This document shows, piece after piece, positions 54,997 to 64,000 of a DNA stretch of 64,000 bases. Below the pieces are notes generated by a model. The model worked only from the letters and a program-made list of their open reading frames with translations. It did no database searches and had not been told where the DNA came from. Every line of letters starts with the position of its first letter. Position 1 is the first letter of the stretch. The position numbers were made by a program, and so were the translations under genes. The stretch is from Alloascoidea hylecoeti (Eukaryota): contig BCKZ01000009.1 of assembly GCA_001600815.1 (NCBI GenBank), positions 274,194 through 338,193 on the forward strand, given 5' to 3'.

Positions 54997-55136
54997 ACAC
55001 CCGTAGACCCGGCCTCGGGTCGCAGTGCGTGCTCAGATGTGCTCCCTCGCGTAAACGTCTGCACAGACCGAGGTTTAAACGTCGACTTTCTTCGTTTTCT
55101 CTCTTTTCCTAAACCTTCCAGTTTTAGCATATCACA

Positions 55137-56912
<1,776 letters not shown>

Positions 56913-57126
56913 AAGAATTTATAATTAGTTAAATAGTATTCTACCTAGACATGAATTGAAAGAAAAGAAAAAAAGATCACTGATATATAAATATATAATT
57001 TCACATTATAAATATAGTGTTTTGTATCTCATGTTTCGAATATTCTAAGGTAGGCACGTGGTTAACATTATGGTAGAAAGGTTATTCCATAAATTTTATA
57101 AGAAGCTCGCAGATAAAAGCTTTTTT

Positions 57127-60100
57127 ATGCTCAGGTTCAGCCAACTCACATTTACAAAAAGAGTCTTCCAAACACAAACACGTCTCTATTTTAGAACAAT
57201 GCCATCCCAGAACGCTGAATGGACCGCTTCCAAGGTATATATTCTTGTCGTTTTTTTCGTTGGAATAAAATTGAACGAAAAAGAACAAATATACTCTCTT
57301 TCTGAGTCATTTAGATTAAAGATAACAAACATTAACAATGGATATCATTTAGGTCCGTACCACATTTCTCGACTATTTCAAAGATAGAAAGCATACTTTT
57401 GTTCCCTCCTCTTCGGTTGTCCCCTTTGATGACCCTACGTTACTCTTTGCCAATGCTGGTATGAATCAGTACAAGCCTATATTCTTAGGAACTGTTGATC
57501 CCTCTTCTGATTTTGCTAAACTGAATCGCGCTGTTAATTCCCAAAAGTGTATTCGTGCCGGTGGTAAGCACAATGATCTTGAAGACGTTGGCAGAGACTC
57601 TTATCATCATACCTTTTTTGAAATGTTAGGAAACTGGTCGTTTGGTGATTATTTCAAGAAAGAAGCAATTGGCTGGTCATGGGAACTGCTCACTAAAGTT
57701 TACGGCCTAAATCCAGATCGTCTATATGTTACTTATTTTGAGGGCGATCTTAAGAATGGGCTGGAACCTGATTTAGAAGCTAAGGAACTCTGGAAAACCG
57801 TGGGTGTTGCAGAGGACCATATTTTACCTGGAAATGCTCAAGATAACTTTTGGGAAATGGGTGACGTGGGTCCTTGTGGTCCATGTAGTGAAGTTCATTA
57901 TGATAGAATTGGTGGTAGAAATGCTGCTAGTCTTGTGAATCAGGATGATCCAAACGTCTTAGAGATCTGGAATAACGTTTTCATGCAATACAATAGAGAA
58001 TCCGATGGTTCATTGAGATTACTCCCTGCTAAGCACATAGATACAGGTATGGGATTTGAAAGATTGGTATCTATTCTACAGGACAAATATTCAAACTATG
58101 ATACTGATGTTTTCATCCCACTCTTTGAGAAAATCCAAGAAATTACAGGAGCTAGAGCCTATACCGGAAAATTTGGTGCTGAAGATAAAGATGGTATTGA
58201 TACTGCCTATAGAGTCTTGGCAGATCACGTTAGAACACTAACATTTGCCATTGCTGATGGTGGTATTCCTAATAATGTAGGAAGGGGTTATGTCCTAAGA
58301 CGTATTTTACGTCGTGGTGCTAGATATGTCAGAAAATATTTCAATTATCCAATTGGTAATTTCTTTTCACAATTAGCTCCAACTCTTATTGAACAGGTTT
58401 CTGATATTTTCCCAGAATTGAAAAATAATCCAAAAGATATTTTTGAAATATTAGATGAAGAAGAAGTTTCTTTTGCCAAAACTTTAGACAGGGGTGAAAA
58501 ATTGTTCGAACAATACGCTGAAGCTACTTCAAAAACTACCTCAAAGGTTTTAAATGGTAAAAATGTATGGAGATTATATGATACATATGGATTCCCCGTT
58601 GATTTAACTCGGTTAATGGCCGAAGAAGCTGGTTTGGAGATTGATGAACCTGGTTTTGAAGCCGCGAAAGCTGCTTCTAAAGAAGCTTCTAAAGGTGGTA
58701 AACGTTCAGATGGTAAAGAATTAGTGAAACTAGATGTTTATGCACTAAGTGATTTAGATAAAAACGATTCGATACCAAAGACCGATGATTCTTTTAAATT
58801 CAAGAAAGAAAATGTGGATTCTAAAATCTTAGCTCTTTACGATGGTAAAAAGTTCATTAAATCCACAGAAGAGTTACAAGATGATGCTACTCAAATTGGA
58901 ATAATCTTAGATAAGTCCCCATTTTATGCTGAGCAAGGTGGCCAAGAATATGATCAGGGGAAAATTGTAATTGATGGTAAAGCCGAATTTAATGTTGAAA
59001 ACGTTCAAGTTTATGGTGGCTATGTATTACAAACCGGTTACCTAGAAGAGGGTTCCTTTTCTGTTGGTGATGATGTCATTGCATACTATGACGAGTTACG
59101 TCGTCAACCATTAAGAAATAATCACACTGGAACTCATATATTAAACTTTGCTCTTCGTGAAGTTTTGGGTGATGGCATTGACCAGAAGGGATCGCTCGTA
59201 GCCCCAGAAAAATTACGTTTTGACTTCTCACATAAAAATGGATTAACTCCAGCTCAATTAAACAAGGTAGAAACTATTTCTAACGAATACATCAGAAGGA
59301 ATGTGCAAGTCTATGCCCAAGATGTCGACTTAGAAACAGCTAAAAAGATCAATGGTGTCAGAGCTGTGTTTGGTGAAACATATCCAGATCCTGTTAGAGT
59401 CGTCTCTATCGGTGTTTCTGTACAAGACTTGATAGATAATGCATCAAACAAAGAATGGGAGACAATCAGCATAGAATTTTGTGGTGGTACACACGTTGCA
59501 AAAACCTCAGAAATCAAGGAATTGATTATTGTAGAAGAAAGTGGCATTGCAAAGGGAATTAGACGTATAGTTGCTGTTACTGGGAAAGCGGCTTATGATG
59601 TTCAAAAAATTGCCTCAGATTTTTCCGCCAAGTTGGATAATTTAGATAAAATGGCTTTCAGTCCAGAAAAAGAACAGTTAGTAAAGTCTATCGGGTTTGA
59701 GTTGAACAAATTGGCTATATCTGTTATTTCCAAAGCAGAATTGAAAGGAAGATTTACTAAAATTCAAAAGAAGGTTGTTGATGAATCGAAAACGAGACAG
59801 AAACAAGAATCAAAGAAAGCTTTGGAGACTGTTACTTTGTACTTCGCTGACTCTAAAAATAAGGATAAAAAGTTTTTGGTAGCTCACATTCCAGGAATTT
59901 CTGCTAACTCTAAGGCAGTTACTGAAGCCATCAACTATGTCAAAACAAAGGCCAAAGATAAGACCGTTTACTTGTTTGCTGGCACTGCAACAGATGGTAA
60001 AATTGCTCATGGTGGTTACGTTCCTGATGCAGTTTCTGCAGCTAATGATAACATCAAAGCATCAGATCTTTCATCTGCTGCTATACAATTCATCGGAGGT

Positions 60101-60211
60101 AAAGCCGGTGGTAGAGGTTCAACTTCGCAAGGTGTTGGTACAGAAACAGAAAAAATAGATGATGCTGTATCCCAATTACAAGAATTATTAGAGAAGAACT
60201 TAAACATCTAA
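57127..60211 (+). CDS. ALA1: Alanyl-tRNA synthetase, probably both cytosolic and mitochondrial (2 exons: 57127-57234, 57353-60211)
   Basis: [48 protein letters not shown], editing motifs NHTGTH and EFCGGTH. Intron 57235-57352 (GTATAT..ATTAAC..TAG). In-frame ATGs at 57127 and 57199. Confidence 0.96.
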
Positions 60212-60396
60212 TGTATAACAGCCTATTAACTAGATGCTTAATTTTGTTTATGATTACATTGGAATAACATATAATTATTACATGATTATAAATGCTTCGT
60301 AACACAATATATTTCTGTCTAACGTCTTTATATTGATGTATAATATCCAGATCCCTATATATAATGGCTATACAGTATAGCTAATAGTTGAAACTT

Positions 60397-62358
60397 CTAA
60401 CCAGCTGCGGACGCACCTTGTGTGTTTTTCATGTTATTATGACTGGCTCCCCCTGGTCCAAACTCTCGCTCTAAAAGTTTGGCCAATTCAGGATCCTCTT
60501 TTGAAACATCGTCAATGAATTTGTACCGTTCACCTCGAGAGTAATAATTTATATTGCTATGATGATCGTCATCTTTAGATCCCTCTTCATTGTATGTCTG
60601 ATCCATATGCCTGACGGCCTTCGAATCAATCATTACAAATTGTATCCCAGATCCAGGACAATCAAAATTAACATCCAGTAGTAGTCTTTCAATAATCCCC
60701 CTTAAACCACGGGCTCCCGTTCCTTCTTTCATTGACAACTCAGCAATTGATTCTATGGCTTTACGCGTAAAAGCTAGGCGTACACCAAAACTTTTAAATG
60801 CATGTTCATATTGTTTAAGAATGGCATTCTGTGGTTCTGTTAGAATTCGAACTAACTCTTCTTTTGACAAAGCACTTAATCCTGAAATAATGGGTATCCT
60901 CCCCACTAATTCTGGGATCATTCCATATTTCATCAGATCTGCAGGTGTCACAATATCTAGGGCTGAAACCTTTTTTCCATTTTCCAGTTTAATTTGACTC
61001 ACCGAATTTGCCCCTATACTCTCTTTATCATTGTTATCCGAGATAAAGGCATCAAACCCAATCCCTCCTTTAGAAACCCTTTCTGATACAATTTTGTCAA
61101 GTCCCACAAAGGCCCCCGTAAAAATGAAGAGGATATTAGATGTGTTTACGCCAAATACCTCATTTTTCTCAATACTTTTTGCTGGAGGCCTATTTCTAGA
61201 ATTTGAAGAATTCAGTGTAAAAAGTCCAGATCCAACAGCTCTAGTTTCAGACTTAGCTGTTACCTGTACAAGCGAGCCTTCAATTATTTTGAGTAAAGAC
61301 TGTTGAACCCCTTCTCCAGAAACATCTCTACCGTCTCTCACGCTTACTTTCCTTGCCAATTTATCAACCTCATCAAGCACAATAATACCACGTTCAGCCA
61401 ATTCGACGTTATAATCAGCGGCCTGTAATAATCTCTGTATGCAGACTTCCACATCATCTCCAATATACCCAGCTTGTGTCAGCGATGTGCAATCGCTTAT
61501 CGATATCGGAACACCTAATACCTTTGCTAATGTTTGGGCGATTAATGTTTTTCCAGTCCCACTCGGCCCAAGAAGTAGTACGTTTGATTTTTCCAATACT
61601 GGTGTATTTTCTTCATCTGCTGTATTCCAGTCTTTTGCAAATGATTCCTTAGTTCTGGATCGAGAAACTTCTACATCATTCTTATAGATAACGTCTGCTT
61701 GTCTGGAATCAGTATAGTAATCCTCCATGTCTGACTGGGTAAACTGTTCTATCTTTTTTTCTTGCCTTTGAATCATATCATTAACTCGAATGTAATGGTT
61801 ATAAACGGCAACAGACATGATTTTCTTCGCTTTGTACTGGCCCACCACATATCTATCTAGATAGCGTTTTAGTTCCCTAGGGACAGGGATATTAGGTTTC
61901 TCCTGAGATGTTTTAGCAAAGGTTGAGTTTCCGCGAGCTGCACCACCAGAACCTCCGCCTTTAGATATTATATCAGACTGTTCCCTTGATCTTGGGCTCA
62001 AAGAAGATGCAGTTATGTCTGCATCATATTGGCTTTTATTTTTGTTATTTTCAAAATTATCGTGAAATTGGTATCTGTTCAGAAATGTATCATTAGGGGT
62101 TTTATAACTGGGTGTATGATGATTGTAATTAGTCTTATTCCTGACCTTTTCGTCGTTTGTTTTGGGAGTAGAAGTATTTTGATTATTATGTTGATCTTCT
62201 GATTCATTTGAGATAAATCTCATTTGCCTTATACTTAGATTTGCCCCACGAATCCACGCACCTTTTGAAATGGGAGATATACCATAAATAATGGGCACTA
62301 GCTTCGTCGGCTGAGATCTAAATGTCACTATAGGCTTCAGATGAGATAACCTCTCCAT
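60397..62358 (-). CDS. MCX1: Mitochondrial ClpX AAA+ unfoldase
   Basis: LDRYVVGQ..AKK..SVAVYNHY, EKSNVLLLGPSGTGKT, DEVDK, RDVSGEGVQQSLLK, GARGLR. Probable ATG 62358 with a presequence-like N-terminus. Confidence 0.95.
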   Translation of the reverse strand: MERLSHLKPIVTFRSQPTKLVPIIYGISPISKGAWIRGANLSIRQMRFISNESEDQHNNQNTSTPKTNDEKVRNKTNYNHHTPSYKTPNDTFLNRYQFHDNFENNKNKSQYDADITASSLSPRSREQSDIISKGGGSGGAARGNSTFAKTSQEKPNIPVPRELKRYLDRYVVGQYKAKKIMSVAVYNHYIRVNDMIQRQEKKIEQFTQSDMEDYYTDSRQADVIYKNDVEVSRSRTKESFAKDWNTADEENTPVLEKSNVLLLGPSGTGKTLIAQTLAKVLGVPISISDCTSLTQAGYIGDDVEVCIQRLLQAADYNVELAERGIIVLDEVDKLARKVSVRDGRDVSGEGVQQSLLKIIEGSLVQVTAKSETRAVGSGLFTLNSSNSRNRPPAKSIEKNEVFGVNTSNILFIFTGAFVGLDKIVSERVSKGGIGFDAFISDNNDKESIGANSVSQIKLENGKKVSALDIVTPADLMKYGMIPELVGRIPIISGLSALSKEELVRILTEPQNAILKQYEHAFKSFGVRLAFTRKAIESIAELSMKEGTGARGLRGIIERLLLDVNFDCPGSGIQFVMIDSKAVRHMDQTYNEEGSKDDDHHSNINYYSRGERYKFIDDVSKEDPELAKLLEREFGPGGASHNNMKNTQGASAAG

Positions 62359-62511
62359 CCTATTGTTTATTGCTATTACTACTATTGCCTGAACTGGTTC
62401 CAATATGGTCCAAAATGTCAAGTCTGAAGTTAAATATATGAGCACGTGATCATACAAACCAAAATGATCCTAAATATATGATTCTATAATTTATTTTATT
62501 TACATATACAA

Positions 62512-64000
62512 CTATAACTCGTCATGTAAAAGGTCATCGTCAGATTCATTCTCGCTCGAATTCACTGAAGTTTCGGTCTTCAATTGATTTTGTAGTTTAA
62601 GCCGCTCATGAACCTGTTTCTCAAGTTTAGCTATTTCATTATCATACTCCGTCCATTCTGGGATTTGTCGCCTTGCCCTATCAAGTTTTGGCTCCTTAGT
62701 TAAAGGATTGTTACATAAATCGATTGTTTTCGCTGTCTTCAAGCTTTCATCGCTACACCAGGTCTCGCACCAGAGCCATTCTTGTGGTAATGAAAAAATT
62801 GGAATTTCTCTCTGGAGATTATTGGGTAAATCTTGATCGAGATTACTCAACGAATTAGGGTCAGCACTGAGAGATTGGTAATGCTGCCTTAATCGATCAC
62901 CGGCCCCCATAGCTCTGAACTTTATAAGATCAATAACATATAAGGCACTGATATGATACTTATATTGATCGCCTAAAAAGGTTTTCCAATATCCCTGTTT
63001 CCAAAATCTAAAGCCTTCCATTTCCTCACGAGAATCCCCCATTGGTGTGTAACCATATGGAGCACCCTGTAGATCTAGATCAACCAGCTCTTTGAGGTCT
63101 GTTCTCACAATTTGGTCGGCATCAACAAAAATAACTTTCTCTAAATCTTGGGGAAATAGGACATCAAGAAAAAGAATCTTGTAGCCCCAGATTGTTCTTT
63201 GCTTTTCCTTTTGGCCTCTTAGCCAGTGTGGCCAGTTATAAGTAACTAACTCATAGTCAAACCCATTTTTTTCGGCAAGATAAGGCAAAAGCTGTTTAAA
63301 CTTTGGTGAAAGAAAGTTCTCAATAAACCAATATTTTACTGTATGTTCTGGTGAGGTGTGCCTTTTTACACTTTCAGTCATAATTCCCAGGAATCTTTCA
63401 TATAGATGGCCACTAGCAACAGAAAAGATGTTTATGTCTGCCTGCTTTGGTTTGGGGGAATCCTTCTTCAGCCAGTTAGAGAGGAAACCTCCCTTTCCTG
63501 AATTACCTGTTTCTCCATCGACTAGTGTTTCGCGCTCTTTACCTGGTCGTTTGATGACTTTAAGGAATACAGTTGCACCATTAAGGTCGGAGACAAGTAT
63601 AATGGCAGTTCCGTCTTCATTTATAGTACTAGGATCACCTTCATCCTCAATGCTATTGACATCAGAAGTGCAGGAGATGAACTTGTATATATTTTTGGAT
63701 TTTCCTTCCTTTAAGCGCAGCGTATACAAACCAGGATTTCCCTGGAGTTGAAAATATCCAAGATTTGTCATAACGCTTGTATCAGTAATAGCCTTTAGAT
63801 GAGACTTTTGACCGATCGCTAACTCAATGGCTAACCCACGTGGGGGTGTAACTCGACCCTCATGTACAGTTTTAATATCAAATGTATGTCCTTCGATTAG
63901 GATATTTCTTAATAGATATGTTCCATTAATAACAGTTTTCCTGTTCTTCGGAATTAGTATATTGTCCAAATCTGTAATACTCTCTTCTGGTACCACGATC
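62512..64000 (-). CDS. UGGT: UDP-glucose:glycoprotein glucosyltransferase (GT24), C-terminal part; 5' end lies beyond the window
   Basis: [51 protein letters not shown]-terminal HDEL. Confidence 0.96.
   Translation of the reverse strand, partial: IVVPEESITDLDNILIPKNRKTVINGTYLLRNILIEGHTFDIKTVHEGRVTPPRGLAIELAIGQKSHLKAITDTSVMTNLGYFQLQGNPGLYTLRLKEGKSKNIYKFISCTSDVNSIEDEGDPSTINEDGTAIILVSDLNGATVFLKVIKRPGKERETLVDGETGNSGKGGFLSNWLKKDSPKPKQADINIFSVASGHLYERFLGIMTESVKRHTSPEHTVKYWFIENFLSPKFKQLLPYLAEKNGFDYELVTYNWPHWLRGQKEKQRTIWGYKILFLDVLFPQDLEKVIFVDADQIVRTDLKELVDLDLQGAPYGYTPMGDSREEMEGFRFWKQGYWKTFLGDQYKYHISALYVIDLIKFRAMGAGDRLRQHYQSLSADPNSLSNLDQDLPNNLQREIPIFSLPQEWLWCETWCSDESLKTAKTIDLCNNPLTKEPKLDRARRQIPEWTEYDNEIAKLEKQVHERLKLQNQLKTETSVNSSENESDDDLLHDEL

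Overview
This is a gene-dense stretch of a fungal (budding-yeast-like) nuclear chromosome read in the standard code (CTG falls at conserved Leu positions in ALA1 and VPS29). It is probably from an early-diverging Saccharomycotina lineage, given its many short introns and its retention of NudC, a canonical UGGT, a FlbD-like Myb and an IGF-loop ClpX (inference). I call 28 protein-coding genes. Eight had to be rebuilt across 11 coding introns that the ORF track misses (SFM1, DDL1, ORM, an unknown gene, VPS29, TIM17, ATP2, ALA1), and VAC8 has an additional 5'-UTR intron. A 7.6-kb gene-free AT-rich interval (2661-10241) carries a perfect 199-bp Tc1/mariner-type MITE and a second, decayed TIR element; it is a centromere or long regulatory-region candidate. 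The other leads are an AGX1-like aminotransferase whose PLP lysine appears replaced (lying between retromer genes VPS29 and VPS26), a ZRE-like palindrome between divergent ZAP1-like and Myb genes, a 5-RRM protein with a presequence-like N-terminus, a dual-AUG ALA1, and a small Cys/His zinc-ribbon protein. I recognised no tRNA, rRNA, CRISPR or intact autonomous transposon. I cannot claim a proven new multi-gene system; all homology calls come from motif recognition by eye.
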